Part shown: positions 27,237-41,046 of the stretch, one piece after another | Position numbering within the stretch: the stretch's first letter is position 1 | Layout: each line of letters opens with the position of its first letter | Assembly: GCA_024276495.1 (NCBI GenBank) | Contig: JAJRXC010000107.1 | Coordinates: forward strand, 29,025-93,024 | Direction: 5' to 3' | DNA: 64,000 nt | From: Actinomycetes bacterium | GTDB taxonomy: Bacteria > Actinomycetota > Acidimicrobiia > Acidimicrobiales > Aldehydirespiratoraceae | Made by a program: the position numbers and the translations under genes | Notes under the pieces: generated by a model | Told to the model about the DNA's origin: nothing | Databases searched by the model: none | What the model saw: the letters and a program-made list of their open reading frames with translations, nothing else

Positions 27237-28256
27237 TCACCAGCGCAGCAGAGAACTGGCCCAGGTGAACCCGGATCCGAAGGCGGCGATGCAAACGAGC
27301 ATTCCCGGCTCGAGCCGGCCGGCCTTCAACGCCTCGTCGAGCCCGATCGGAATCGTGGCCGCCGTCGTGTTGCCGAATCGTTGGATGGTGTTGAACACCT
27401 TGTCGTCGTCGTCGATCCCGAGCTTCTTCGCCGCGAAGTAGTTGATCCGCATGTTGGCCTGATGAAAAATCCACAAGTCGACATCGGCCACGGCGAAATC
27501 GTTGGCTTCGAGGGCTTCGAGGGCCACCTCGGGCATCCGCGTCACCGCGTGTTTGAACACGGTCTTGCCGTTCATCTTGGGCCACTGGGCCCCCCGTTCG
27601 AGGAAGTCGTTGTCCCAGCGGTTGGGAGAGTACGTCGACGACGGACCCTCGATCCACAACTCCTTCGCGTAGTTGCCGTCGGCGTGGAGATGTGACGAGT
27701 AGATGTGGGCCTGGGTGGATGGGTCGTCGACATCGACCGCCTGCAGTACGGCCGCGCCCGCCCCGTCGCCGAACAGCACGCTGATGTCGCGGCCCTCCGT
27801 GGAGATGTCCATCGCCTTCGAGTGGATCTCGGCGCCGACCAACAGCACCGTGTCCGCCATGGCACCCCGCACGAACATGTCGGCCTGCGCCATCCCGTAG
27901 ACGAAGCCGCTGCATTGCTGACGCACGTCGATCGCCGGGATCCCGGGGCAGCCCAACTTGGCCTGGAGAAAGCACGCCGTGCCCGGGAACTCGTGATCCG
28001 GGCTGAGGGTGGCGACGATCAACATGTCGATGTCGTCGATGGACAAGCCGGCCGCGTCGAGTGCCCGGTTGGCCGCCTCGAGACCGAGATCCGATGTCGT
28101 CGTGTCGTCCGGTTCGACCCAGTGGCGTTGCTCGATCCCCGAGCGGGTCCTGATCCACTCGTCGGAGGTGTCCATCCACTGGGTGAGATCGTCGTTGGTG
28201 ACGATCCGGTCGGGAACGAAGGAGCCGACTCCGAGAACTCGAGTGCGTCGTGTCAT
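27237..28256 (-). CDS. fabH: 3-oxoacyl-ACP synthase III (KAS III)
   Basis: Catalytic triad contexts QQCSGFVYG (Cys), WIFHQANMRI (His) and FGNTTAATIP (Asn). Confidence 0.9.
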   Translation of the reverse strand: MTRRTRVLGVGSFVPDRIVTNDDLTQWMDTSDEWIRTRSGIEQRHWVEPDDTTTSDLGLEAANRALDAAGLSIDDIDMLIVATLSPDHEFPGTACFLQAKLGCPGIPAIDVRQQCSGFVYGMAQADMFVRGAMADTVLLVGAEIHSKAMDISTEGRDISVLFGDGAGAAVLQAVDVDDPSTQAHIYSSHLHADGNYAKELWIEGPSSTYSPNRWDNDFLERGAQWPKMNGKTVFKHAVTRMPEVALEALEANDFAVADVDLWIFHQANMRINYFAAKKLGIDDDDKVFNTIQRFGNTTAATIPIGLDEALKAGRLEPGMLVCIAAFGSGFTWASSLLRW

Positions 28257-28279
28257 GTCGGAGAACTTACGCTGGTCAT

Positions 28280-29374
28280 GTGAGTTCCGACCGCATCGAC
28301 CCAGCCGGGGTTACCTCGCCGGGCCCTGTCATGGTGATGATGTCGGGCGGTGTCGACTCCTCCGTTGCCGCCGCTCTGCTGGTGCGCAGCGGCCACGACG
28401 TCGTCGGCGTGACGATGAAGCTCTGGGGTGGGCCGAGCGACACGGGATGCTGCGCGGTCAGCGATGTCGACGATGCCCGGCGTGTCGCCGATCGTCTGGG
28501 GATCGACCATCACGTCTTCAACTTCGGCGACGACTTCGAGCGGGAGGTCGTGGAACCGTATGTGGCCGCCCACGCGAACGGGCGCACGCCCAACCCGTGC
28601 ATCGAGTGCAACCGGCATCTCAAGTTCGACCGACTGCTCCGCCGGGCCGACGCGCTCGGGTTCGCCACCGTCGCGACCGGCCATCACGCCCGGATCGTCC
28701 CGACCGCTGCCGGTCTCCGGCTCGGCAGGGGCGCCGACCCGGCCAAGGACCAGTCGTACGTCCTGCACATGCTCGACGAGTCGGTGCTCGCCCGGTTGCT
28801 GCTGCCCCTGGGCCCGATGACCAAGGCCGAGGTGCGCCGCCTCGCGGCCGACCTGGGCCTGCGGACCGCCCACAAGCCCGAAAGTCAGGACGTCTGCTTC
28901 ATCACCAACGAGCAGGGCCGGGCGACATTTCTCGGTCAGCGGATCCCGCTGCGGCCGGGCCGGGTCGTCGACTCGGCCGGTGTCGAGGTCGGATCGGTGC
29001 CATCCGTGGAGATGGTGACCATCGGACAGCGCAAGCGGCTCGGCCTCGCCGGCGGCACCGATCCCCGCTACGTCATCGATGTCGACACCGAATCGGCCGT
29101 CGTGACGGTCGGCGAACGTGCGGCCCTCGAGATCGACGCCACCCCGCTCGAGTCCTGGAAGTGGACCGGCGCGCCGGTTGCCGGGCCCGTGCGCGTGCAG
29201 TGTTCGGCCCACGGCCCCGTCGCCGAGGGTGTGGTCGAACACGACCGGGTCCGCTGGGCGGCCCCGCACCGACGAGTCGCGCCGGGCCAGAGCATCGTCG
29301 CCTACGCCGAGGATCCCGACGGGGGTCCGATCGTGGTCGGCGGGGGCGTCGTCCGGGGCGGTCCCGTCGACTGA
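28280..29374 (+). CDS. mnmA: tRNA 2-thiouridine(34) synthase
   Basis: PP-loop MMSGGVDSSVAA, CIECNRHLKF and DQSYVL. Start is uncertain: GTG 28250, GTG 28280 or ATG 28331. Confidence 0.9.
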   Translation: MSSDRIDPAGVTSPGPVMVMMSGGVDSSVAAALLVRSGHDVVGVTMKLWGGPSDTGCCAVSDVDDARRVADRLGIDHHVFNFGDDFEREVVEPYVAAHANGRTPNPCIECNRHLKFDRLLRRADALGFATVATGHHARIVPTAAGLRLGRGADPAKDQSYVLHMLDESVLARLLLPLGPMTKAEVRRLAADLGLRTAHKPESQDVCFITNEQGRATFLGQRIPLRPGRVVDSAGVEVGSVPSVEMVTIGQRKRLGLAGGTDPRYVIDVDTESAVVTVGERAALEIDATPLESWKWTGAPVAGPVRVQCSAHGPVAEGVVEHDRVRWAAPHRRVAPGQSIVAYAEDPDGGPIVVGGGVVRGGPVD

Positions 29375-29398
29375 TCAGCCGACATCGGCTCGCTGCGC

Positions 29399-32817
<3,419 letters not shown>

Positions 32818-32821
<4 letters not shown>

Positions 32822-33462
32822 TCGAGGCGATCTGTTGGGACGTCGGCGGGGTGTTCTCGGGCCGGCCGATCGACGCGGTCGGGAGAGTCGCCGTCGATCA
32901 TGGCCTCGACCCGGACGAGTTGTTCTCGGCGATCTTCGGGCCGTATCACCTCGACGGCGACCACGCCTGGCATCGACTCGAGCGTGGGGAGATCGCGCTC
33001 ACCGACGCGTGGGGCACGATCGAGGCTGCGATCGCGGACTTCGGCATCGAGCTCTCCCTGGTCGACTTCTTTCGCCGGTTCGGCGACGACCCGGTGGACC
33101 GGTCGATCGTGATCGACACGGTGCGCAACCTCCACGAGCGGGGAATCGTGATGGCGATCATCACCAACAACGTCAGGGAGCTCTCCGGGCGGGAGGGGGG
33201 AGGCTGGCGTTCATTGGTCCCGATGGAGCTGATGAGCGTCGTCATCGATTCATGCGAGGTCGGTGTTCGCAAACCCGACCCCGACATCTATCTCCGTGCG
33301 CTCGACGCGCTCGGCACGACCGCGGACTCGGTGGCCTTTCTCGACGACATGACCCACAACGTCGACGCCGCCCGGGGGTTGGGCATGCACGGCGTCGTCG
33401 TCGACGCCGACCCGTCGGAGGCGATGGCGGAGCTCGTCGCCCTCGTGAACCGGCTCAGTTGA
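32818..33462 (+). CDS. HAD-superfamily hydrolase (subfamily IA)
   Basis: GTGA overlap with the upstream gene. Motif I ICWDVGGVF, motif II ITNN, and motifs III/IV KPDPDIY...FLDDMTHNV. Confidence 0.8.
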
Positions 33463-33880
33463 CGGTGAACGCCCATTCGACGGTGTGCAGCTCACCCGGT
33501 CGTTGCAGGTTCTCGATCTCGATCTTCACACAGTTGTCGTCGGGGGCCAGGGCCGCGACCGGCTTGCCCTCGTCGGGTTGGTAGAAGTACTGCTGCAAAC
33601 CGTCGGTCAGGGTGACGAAGTCGATGACCTCGACCGGGCGGGCACAGCGCGCATCCGGTGAGATCGAGAACGACTTCACGATGAACCCGGGCTCGAGATC
33701 GATGCCGACCCGTTGTTGTTGGAGCACCTCGCTCCCTCGCGTCGGGATGAGCGCCTCCACGCCGGGTGTCCGCAACGCCTGATCCGGCGGGTTCGTCCGC
33801 CCGATCACGCCCGCGGCCGCGATGAGCGCGACCCCGGCGAGGATCAGTCCGAAGAAGATCAGGCGTTGCTTGCGTCCCAC
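33455..33880 (-). CDS. N-terminally membrane-anchored extracytoplasmic protein (hypothetical)
   Basis: 141 aa. MGRKQRLIFFGLILAGVALIAAAGVIG anchor followed by a beta-rich domain with two Cys. Divergent from the kinase gene. Confidence 0.6.
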   Translation of the reverse strand: MGRKQRLIFFGLILAGVALIAAAGVIGRTNPPDQALRTPGVEALIPTRGSEVLQQQRVGIDLEPGFIVKSFSISPDARCARPVEVIDFVTLTDGLQQYFYQPDEGKPVAALAPDDNCVKIEIENLQRPGELHTVEWAFTVN

Positions 33881-34013
33881 GTCGTCGATCCTGTCAGATC
33901 AGCGGTGTCAACCTCGGGCCGGGCGGGTTCGGTGGTCCGAGGGTCGTGTCCCGTCTCGGCCGCGGGTTCGGAGAGCCACCGACCGTGGTCGAGTGGCTTG
34001 TACGTTGTGGGCG

Positions 34014-35867
34014 ATGGCCATCCATGACTCCGACGCAGATGTCGGTCGCGTTCTCGGCGGCCGCTATCGCATCATCGCCCCGATCGGGGTCGGCGCGTCC
34101 GCCCGGGTCCATCTGGCCGACGACATCACCTTGCGGCGTCGGGTCGCGGTCAAGGTGCTCCACGAGGCGTTGGCGGCCGACGACGCGTTTCTCCGGCGCT
34201 TCCGGGCCGAAGCCCAGTCGGCGGCGTCGCTGAATCATCCCCACGTGCTCGGCGTCTACGACTGGGGCTACGACGACGTGCCCTTCCTCGTCAGCGAGTA
34301 TCTCGCCGGTGGGAGTCTCCAGGCGATGCTCGATGCCGGGCATCGCCTGACGACCTCGCAGGGGTTGTTGGTGGGCCTCGAGACGGCCCGTGGTCTCGAG
34401 TACGCCCACGGTGAAGGTCTGGTGCATCGCGACATCAAGCCGGCGAACCTCCTCTTCGGGGACGCGGGTCGGCTTCGGATCGCCGACTTCGGGCTCGCTC
34501 GAGCCCTGGCCGAGGCCGGATGGACCGAGCCCGACGGGTCGATGGTGGGCACCGCCCGCTACGCCGCTCCCGAACAGGCGCGAGGCGAACGGGTCGGGCC
34601 GGCCGCCGATGTCTACGCCCTCGCCCTCGTCGTCAACGAGGCGGTGAGCGGAGAGCTGCCGTTCGCGGCCGACACCGCCATCGCGACGCTCATGGCCCGC
34701 GCCGAGACGCCACTCGAACCGCATCCTTCCCTCGGTCCGCTCGGGGCGACCGTGCGCCAGGCAGGAGCCCTGGAGCCCGACGACCGGCCGACGGCCGCCG
34801 AGTTCGTCCGCGGGTTCATGGAGGCCGCCGAGGACCTTCCCCGCCCCGAACCGTTCCCGCTCGTGGGCGCCCTCGTCGACGAGCCCGGCGGCGACCACAC
34901 CCAGCTCGTCGCCACGCCGCGAACCGGCCCGGCCCCCACGCCCGGCCCGGCCGTGCCGCTCGAGGACGACGGCCCCACCCGCCGTTGGCCGTGGTTGGTC
35001 CTGGCCGTGCTCGCGCTCGCGGCGGCGGGGATCGGTGGGGTCCTCGCCTTCCAGAGCAGTCGCCCCGTCACCCACCCGGTGCCGGAGCTCGTCGGCGGCA
35101 CCGTCGACGACGCCACCAACGCCGCCCGTGAGTTCGGCTGGATCCCCAACATCGCCGAGATTCGACAGGACGGCACCGTCGCCGGTCAGATCCTGTCCGT
35201 GGACCCGCCGGCGGGCACCGAGCTCGAGGAGGGGGAGATGTTGCGGGTCGTGGTCTCCAAGGGCGAGAGCCTCGTGACCGTTCCCGACCTGGTCGACCAG
35301 AGCCTCGACGAGGCGGAGGCGCGCCTCTTCGCCGTGGGCCTCTCGGTCGGCGACATCAGCCGGATGGAGAGCGAGACGGTCGAGGCCGGCAGAATCCTCG
35401 AGGTCCTGCTCGATCCCGGACAGACCCAGGTCGAACCGGGCACACCGGTAGATCTTCTCGTCTCGGAGGGCCCGATCCAGCGCCAGGTCCCCGCCGTTCC
35501 CGACTCTCTCGATCTCGCCGAGGCGCGGCAACTGCTCACCGATCGTCGGCTCGTCCCCGTCGAGACCGCCGCCAACTCCGACGAGGTTCCGGAGGGGTCC
35601 GTGATCGAGTTCTCGCCGAGCCCCGGTGCGTTCGTCGATGCCGACTCCGAGGTCACCATCGTCGTCTCCTCCGGGCCCGCTCCCCGGGTCGTGCCCAACA
35701 CGGTGGGGCTCACGGTGGAGGAGGCGACCCTCGCACTCGAGGCCGAGGGGTTCGACGTCACGTTCACGATCGGGAGTCCGCTGCTTCCCGTGCTCGGAAC
35801 CAACCCGCCGGCCGGGGAGACCCACCCCTACGGGTCCGAGGTCACCATCATCACCCGGGGTGCGTAG
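34014..35867 (+). CDS. Ser/Thr protein kinase with four extracellular PASTA domains (PknB-like)
   Basis: Kinase motifs VAVKVL, HRDIKPANL, DFG and APE. One TM (WPWLVLAVLALAAAGIGGVLAF). Four PASTA-like repeats (VPELVG..., VPDLVD..., VPAVPD..., VPNTVG...). Confidence 0.9.
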   Translation: MAIHDSDADVGRVLGGRYRIIAPIGVGASARVHLADDITLRRRVAVKVLHEALAADDAFLRRFRAEAQSAASLNHPHVLGVYDWGYDDVPFLVSEYLAGGSLQAMLDAGHRLTTSQGLLVGLETARGLEYAHGEGLVHRDIKPANLLFGDAGRLRIADFGLARALAEAGWTEPDGSMVGTARYAAPEQARGERVGPAADVYALALVVNEAVSGELPFAADTAIATLMARAETPLEPHPSLGPLGATVRQAGALEPDDRPTAAEFVRGFMEAAEDLPRPEPFPLVGALVDEPGGDHTQLVATPRTGPAPTPGPAVPLEDDGPTRRWPWLVLAVLALAAAGIGGVLAFQSSRPVTHPVPELVGGTVDDATNAAREFGWIPNIAEIRQDGTVAGQILSVDPPAGTELEEGEMLRVVVSKGESLVTVPDLVDQSLDEAEARLFAVGLSVGDISRMESETVEAGRILEVLLDPGQTQVEPGTPVDLLVSEGPIQRQVPAVPDSLDLAEARQLLTDRRLVPVETAANSDEVPEGSVIEFSPSPGAFVDADSEVTIVVSSGPAPRVVPNTVGLTVEEATLALEAEGFDVTFTIGSPLLPVLGTNPPAGETHPYGSEVTIITRGA

Positions 35868-35870
35868 TGG

Positions 35871-36311
35871 TCATTCGGTGATCGCGTCGATCCGGGCCAT
35901 CACCTCGCGAGCGAGCGACGTCGACTCCGACTCGGAAGCCGGCGGAGCCGCCAGGCCGGCGAGCCCCAGGATCTTCGACGAATCACCGGTCAGCTTCACC
36001 TGACCGCCGATGAGGATGCCGACGATCGCCTGCGGGTCGCGATCGACGAATATCTGGTGCGCGACGGAGTAGCGCATCTCGAGCGCGAAGTCGCTGTCGT
36101 CGAGATGGCCGACCTCCAACGTGAGCGTGCCACCGGTCGTGTCGATGTGTCCCTTGATGGTGTCGTCCCCGAAGGGCGCCTCGGTCACCGAGACGTTCGC
36201 CCGGATCGAGATGTCGGTGTCGCCGACGCGATCGCGGTACTCGTCGCGGATGGCCGCGACCGCGGCGATCCACTCGGGGCTGAGGAACGGATGACGACTC
36301 ACCAGCGGCAC
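35871..36311 (-). CDS. SCP2 sterol-binding-domain protein
   Basis: 146 aa. C-terminal GGQVKLTGDSSKILGLAG is typical of the SCP2 fold. Confidence 0.7.
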   Translation of the reverse strand: MPLVSRHPFLSPEWIAAVAAIRDEYRDRVGDTDISIRANVSVTEAPFGDDTIKGHIDTTGGTLTLEVGHLDDSDFALEMRYSVAHQIFVDRDPQAIVGILIGGQVKLTGDSSKILGLAGLAAPPASESESTSLAREVMARIDAITE

Positions 36312-36361
36312 CCTATAACCGGTCGCAGCGTCGCGCGATCCGCTGCGTATCCTCTGTGCTC

Positions 36362-36664
36362 ATGTCCGAACGAATCTCCCGGGCCGACGTCGTGCACGTC
36401 GCCCGACTGGCCCGCCTCCGACTCGACGACGACGAGATCGATCTGTTCACCGGTCAACTCGGTGACATCCTCGCCCATGCCGCCGACATCGAAGCGCTCG
36501 ATGTCGGTGACATTCCGCCGACATCGCATCCGCTGCCGTTGGTCAACGTGATGCGGGCCGACGTCGTGACCCCATCGGTCGATCGCGACGAGGTGCTGGC
36601 CCAGGCCCCGGCGCCCGAGGACGGCCGATTCCGGGTTCCGCCGGTCCTGGGGGAGGAGCCGTGA
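36362..36664 (+). CDS. gatC: Asp/Glu-tRNA amidotransferase subunit C
   Basis: [26 protein letters not shown]... First gene of gatCAB. Confidence 0.9.
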   Translation: MSERISRADVVHVARLARLRLDDDEIDLFTGQLGDILAHAADIEALDVGDIPPTSHPLPLVNVMRADVVTPSVDRDEVLAQAPAPEDGRFRVPPVLGEEP

Positions 36665-38100
36665 CGGCCCGCGACATCGCGGCCGCGGTTCGGTCCGGAG
36701 ACCGCAGCGCCGTGGCGGTCCTCGAAGAGCACCTCGATCGGATCGCGGCCCGCGACGAGGAGCTGCACGCGTTCAATCTGGTGACGGCCGACGCGGCGCG
36801 AGCCGAGGCGGAGGCGGTCGACGCCGCGGTCGCGGCCGGCGCCGACCCGGGGCCCCTCGCCGGCGTCCCCATCGCGTTGAAGGACAACATGTGCACCCGC
36901 GGGATCCCGACGACGTGCTCGTCGAAGATCCTCGAGGGCTGGTGTCCGCCGTACGACGCCACCGTCGTGCGTCGCCTCCGGGCCGCCGGCGCGATCGCGG
37001 TCGGCAAGACCAACCTCGACGAGTTCGCGATGGGCTCCTCCACCGAGAACTCGGCCAACGGCCCGACCCGCAACCCCCACGACACCTCCCGCGTGCCCGG
37101 TGGCTCCAGCGGCGGGACGGCAGCGTCGGTCGCGGCCGGGTTCACGCCGCTCGGAATCGGCAGCGACACCGGCGGCTCGATTCGTCAACCCGCCGCGTTC
37201 TGCGGCGTGGTCGGCATGAAACCGACGTACGGGGCGGTGAGCCGCTACGGCCTGATCGCCTTCGCGTCGTCTCTCGACCAGATCGGGCCGTTCGCACAGG
37301 ACGTGGCCGACGCCGCAGCGCTGTTCGACGTGATCGCGGGCCACGACCCGCTCGACTCGACATCGATCGTCGACTTCGAACCGGTCGCGAGCGACGCCCT
37401 CGGTCGTGGAGTCGACGGTCTGCGCATCGGGGTCGTGCGCGAGCTCTCCGGCGGTGAAGGAACCGTCGAGGGCCTGTCGCCCGACGTCCTCGCCCGCACT
37501 CAGGAGGCCGTCGTCGCCCTGGAAGCCGCCGGGGCGACCATCGAGGACATCTCGGTACCTTCGGCCACGCTCGGGCTCAGTGCCTACTACCTGGTGGCCC
37601 CCGCCGAGGCGTCGAGCAACCTGGCCCGCTACGACGGGGTGCGCTACGGGTTGCGCGTCGATGCCCCGACAACGGGGGAGATGAACACGGCGAGTCGCAC
37701 CGCCGGGTTCGGACCGGAGGTCAAGCGGCGCATCATGCTCGGGACCTACGCCCTCTCGGCCGGCTACTACGACGCGTTCTACGGCAAGGCGCTCAAGGTT
37801 CGCACGATGATGCTGCGCGACTTCGCCGCCGCCTACGAGAAGGTCGACGTGCTGATCACCCCGACCGCGCCGACCACGGCATTCCCACTCGGCGAGCGCA
37901 CCGCCGACCCCATGACGATGTACGTCAACGACGTGTGCACGATCCCGTCGAACCTCACCGGCCATCCCGGGATCTCGGTGCCGTTCGGGGTCGGCGACGA
38001 CGGTCTACCCGTCGGGGTGCAGGTGCTCGCCCCGGCCCTCGACGACGTCCTCACGTTTCAAGTGGCCGCGGTGCTCGAAGCCGCCGGAGGACCCCGATGA
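36661..38100 (+). CDS. gatA: Asp/Glu-tRNA amidotransferase subunit A
   Basis: GTGA overlap with gatC. Amidase signature [14 protein letters not shown]...[12 protein letters not shown]. Confidence 0.95.
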   Translation: MTARDIAAAVRSGDRSAVAVLEEHLDRIAARDEELHAFNLVTADAARAEAEAVDAAVAAGADPGPLAGVPIALKDNMCTRGIPTTCSSKILEGWCPPYDATVVRRLRAAGAIAVGKTNLDEFAMGSSTENSANGPTRNPHDTSRVPGGSSGGTAASVAAGFTPLGIGSDTGGSIRQPAAFCGVVGMKPTYGAVSRYGLIAFASSLDQIGPFAQDVADAAALFDVIAGHDPLDSTSIVDFEPVASDALGRGVDGLRIGVVRELSGGEGTVEGLSPDVLARTQEAVVALEAAGATIEDISVPSATLGLSAYYLVAPAEASSNLARYDGVRYGLRVDAPTTGEMNTASRTAGFGPEVKRRIMLGTYALSAGYYDAFYGKALKVRTMMLRDFAAAYEKVDVLITPTAPTTAFPLGERTADPMTMYVNDVCTIPSNLTGHPGISVPFGVGDDGLPVGVQVLAPALDDVLTFQVAAVLEAAGGPR

Positions 38101-39572
38101 CCGATTTCTCCGCGGCGGCCGCCACCGACGCCACACCCATCGAACCGACCCTGCCCGACGGGTGGGAGCTCGTCGTCGGCCTCGAGGTCCATGTCGAGCT
38201 CGACACCGCCTCGAAGCTGTTCTGCGGGTGCGCCAACCAGTTCGGTTCGGAACCCAACACCAACATCTGTCCGATCTGTCTGGGCCTCCCCGGATCGCTT
38301 CCGGTCATGAACGAGCGGGCGGTCGAGCTGGCGATGACCCTCGGTCGAGCCCTCGACTGCGACGTCCGCCGATCCGTCATGGCGAGGAAGAACTACTTCT
38401 ACCCCGACATGCCGAAAGACTTCCAGACCACGCAATACGACCAGCCGACCAACTCCGACGGCCGACTCGTCCTCGGCGACGGGTTCGTGGTCGGGGTCGA
38501 ACGGGCCCACATCGAGGAGGACACCGGCAAGTCGACCCACATCGGGGGCGGAGGACGCATCAGCGATGCCCAGTACTCGCTGGTCGACTACAACCGGGCC
38601 GGCGTGCCGCTGGTCGAGATCGTCAGCCGCCCCGACATGCGCACCATCGAGCACGCCAAGGCCTATGTCGAGGAGCTCCGGGAGATCCTCATCGCGACCG
38701 GTGTCTCCGACGCCCGCATGGAGGAGGGCTCGATGCGAGTCGACGCCAACGTGTCGGTTCGACCCCACGGCAGCGACGAGCTGCGGACCCGCTGCGAGAT
38801 CAAGAACATCAACTCCGTCCGCTCGCTCGGACGGGCGATCGAGTATGAGGCCCGGCGCCACATCGACCTTTGGACCAGCGGCTCGGCACCCGATCAGGAG
38901 ACCCGCCACTGGGACGAGGAGGGCGGGCGCACCCTGCCCGGCCGCAAGAAGGAAGACGCCGACGACTATCGGTACTTCCAGGAGCCCGATCTCGTTCCGC
39001 TCGACCCGGCGCCCGAGACCGTTGCCGCGATCGACGCGGCGATGCCGCCCCTGCCGTCGGCTCGGCGGGCCGCGCTCGCCGACGCGACCGGTGCCGACCC
39101 GGCCTCCGTCGCGTTGCTGGTCGGACGCGGCCAGGACGAGTTGGCCCTCGCCGCGATCGCCGCCGGGGCCGACGCCGACAAGGTCGTCGTGCGGCTCGTC
39201 AACGATCTCGCGGTCGACGACTGGTCGAAGGTCACCGCGACGGCGCTCGCCGAGTTGGTCGAGATGGAATCCTCCGGTGCCATCAGCGCGACCCAGGCGA
39301 AGCAGATCCTCGCCGACATGACCGAACGGGGCGGCGATCCTGCGATCCTCGCGGCGGCGCGCGGCTTCGAGGCGATGGACACCGACGAGCTGGAAACGCT
39401 GCTCGACGGGTTGATCGCCGACAACCCCGACGAGTGGGCACGGTTCACTTCCGGCGACGACGCGGATCACAAGAAGATGCAGGGGTTCTTCACCGGCCAG
39501 ATCATGAAGGCCACGCGGGGTCAGGCCGACGGCAAGACCGTCGCCCGACTCCTCGCCCAGAGATCGACTTGA
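38097..39572 (+). CDS. gatB: Asp/Glu-tRNA amidotransferase subunit B
   Basis: ATGA overlap with gat[25 protein letters not shown], and a C-terminal YqeY-like domain. Confidence 0.95.
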   Translation: MTDFSAAAATDATPIEPTLPDGWELVVGLEVHVELDTASKLFCGCANQFGSEPNTNICPICLGLPGSLPVMNERAVELAMTLGRALDCDVRRSVMARKNYFYPDMPKDFQTTQYDQPTNSDGRLVLGDGFVVGVERAHIEEDTGKSTHIGGGGRISDAQYSLVDYNRAGVPLVEIVSRPDMRTIEHAKAYVEELREILIATGVSDARMEEGSMRVDANVSVRPHGSDELRTRCEIKNINSVRSLGRAIEYEARRHIDLWTSGSAPDQETRHWDEEGGRTLPGRKKEDADDYRYFQEPDLVPLDPAPETVAAIDAAMPPLPSARRAALADATGADPASVALLVGRGQDELALAAIAAGADADKVVVRLVNDLAVDDWSKVTATALAELVEMESSGAISATQAKQILADMTERGGDPAILAAARGFEAMDTDELETLLDGLIADNPDEWARFTSGDDADHKKMQGFFTGQIMKATRGQADGKTVARLLAQRST

Positions 39573-39611
39573 CCGTCGCCACTCGGTGCGACCCGGCTCC
39601 GGGGCGGATGG

Positions 39612-40946
39612 TCAGCGACGGTCGGGGCCGGTGACCAGCCAGGCGGAACCGCGGAAGCGGGCGAGGAGCATCGTGGCCCGGGTCAGGATCCAGACGTGCA
39701 AGGTGACCCACAACCAGCCGATGCCCGCGTTCGTGGCGAGAACGAGAAGCCCTCCCGCGACCAGAACTCCGGCCGCGGCCCACATCGCCCACGCGAGGTA
39801 GCGGAGATCACCCGCCCCGATCAACACCCCGTCGAGCGCGAAGACGACCCCGGCGACGGGCTGGGCGACCGCGGCGAGAACCAGCAGGAACGAGGCGAGC
39901 CCGAGCACGGCTTCGTCCTCGGTGAAGATCGACGGGAGGAACGGCGATCCGGCCAGCACCACGATGCCGAGGACCGTGCCCGCGGCCACGCCCCATCGCG
40001 TCATGCGTCGTCCGAGCGCCCGCGCCCGGGCGACGTTGCCGGCGCCGAGCTCGCGGCCGATCATCGCCTGGGCCGCGATCGCGATCGAGTCGAGGGCGAG
40101 GGCCAGCAGGTTCCAGATCTCGAACGCGATCTGGTGGGCGGCGAGGTCGTCGTCCCCGATTCGGGCCGCGACCGCCAGTGAGACCGCGAGGCTCACCCGC
40201 AGCGCCGCGGTGCGCAGGAACAGATCGAACCCGGCGCCGGCGAGCTCGCGGATCAGGGCCGCGTCGGGCCGCAGCGCAACGTGATGCTCGGAGACCGCCG
40301 ATCGGATCCACACCACGAAGACCCCCGCGGCGACCCACTGGGCGATGACGGTGGTGAGCGCCGACGCGCCGATTCCCTGGTCGAACCCGTAGATCAAGAC
40401 GAGCTCCATCACGAGGTTCAACACCGCGGTGCCGAGGGCGACCCGTAGTGGACGGCCGGTGTCCTGAAGCCCGCGAAGGTATCCGACCCCGGCGAGGCCG
40501 ATCAGCATCGCCGGCACGCCGAACAGGGAGATCCGGAAGTACACCTCGGCGTTTCGGGCGACCTCACCCCGGCCGCCCATCAGCGAGATGAGCGCCGGGC
40601 CGACGGCGAGGCCGACGAGGAGCAGGCCCAGCCCGACGAGCGCCGCGAGCCAAAGCGACTGCACGGCCTGGTGCGCGGCCCGACGGTTCTCGCCGGCGCC
40701 GAGAAGACGGGCGACGGCCGACGTCGTGCCGTAAGCGAGGAAGATGAAGACGGCGTGACCGATCAACAGGAGCGACGACGCGAGGGCGAGCCCACCGAGC
40801 TGGGGGGTGCCGAGCCGGCCGACGACCGCGGTGTCGGCGAGGATGTAGAGCGGTTCGGCGACCAGCGCTCCCAGCGCAGGCACGGCGAGGCGTAGAATCT
40901 CCCGGTCGTCGCCGGTCCACCGGAACCGACGACTCGGGGAGACCAT
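39612..40946 (-). CDS. MATE-family efflux transporter
   Basis: 444 aa, 12 TM. N-terminal REILRLAVPALGALVAEPLY is typical of MATE/DinF. Confidence 0.85.
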   Translation of the reverse strand: MVSPSRRFRWTGDDREILRLAVPALGALVAEPLYILADTAVVGRLGTPQLGGLALASSLLLIGHAVFIFLAYGTTSAVARLLGAGENRRAAHQAVQSLWLAALVGLGLLLVGLAVGPALISLMGGRGEVARNAEVYFRISLFGVPAMLIGLAGVGYLRGLQDTGRPLRVALGTAVLNLVMELVLIYGFDQGIGASALTTVIAQWVAAGVFVVWIRSAVSEHHVALRPDAALIRELAGAGFDLFLRTAALRVSLAVSLAVAARIGDDDLAAHQIAFEIWNLLALALDSIAIAAQAMIGRELGAGNVARARALGRRMTRWGVAAGTVLGIVVLAGSPFLPSIFTEDEAVLGLASFLLVLAAVAQPVAGVVFALDGVLIGAGDLRYLAWAMWAAAGVLVAGGLLVLATNAGIGWLWVTLHVWILTRATMLLARFRGSAWLVTGPDRR

Positions 40947-41046
40947 GGGGTCGCAGGGTAGGCCGTCTGGGTCATGGCGGCATCTCGGCCACTAGCGTCA
41001 ACCCGACCCGCCCACCGAAGAACGATCGCCGAGAAGTCCCTCTGCC

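Noticed and set aside
39573-39611. Terminator between convergent gatB and the MATE gene
   Set aside because: Only a 7-bp distal pairing (CCGTCGC / GCGACGG) with a loop of about 34 nt and a tiny CCCGG/CCGGG palindrome are present. This is too weak to call.
40947-41046. Guanidine or other riboswitch upstream of the MATE transporter
   Set aside because: There are no ACGR-loop hairpin pairs or ykkC core sequences on the minus strand. The 100-nt spacer is simply shared by divergent promoters.
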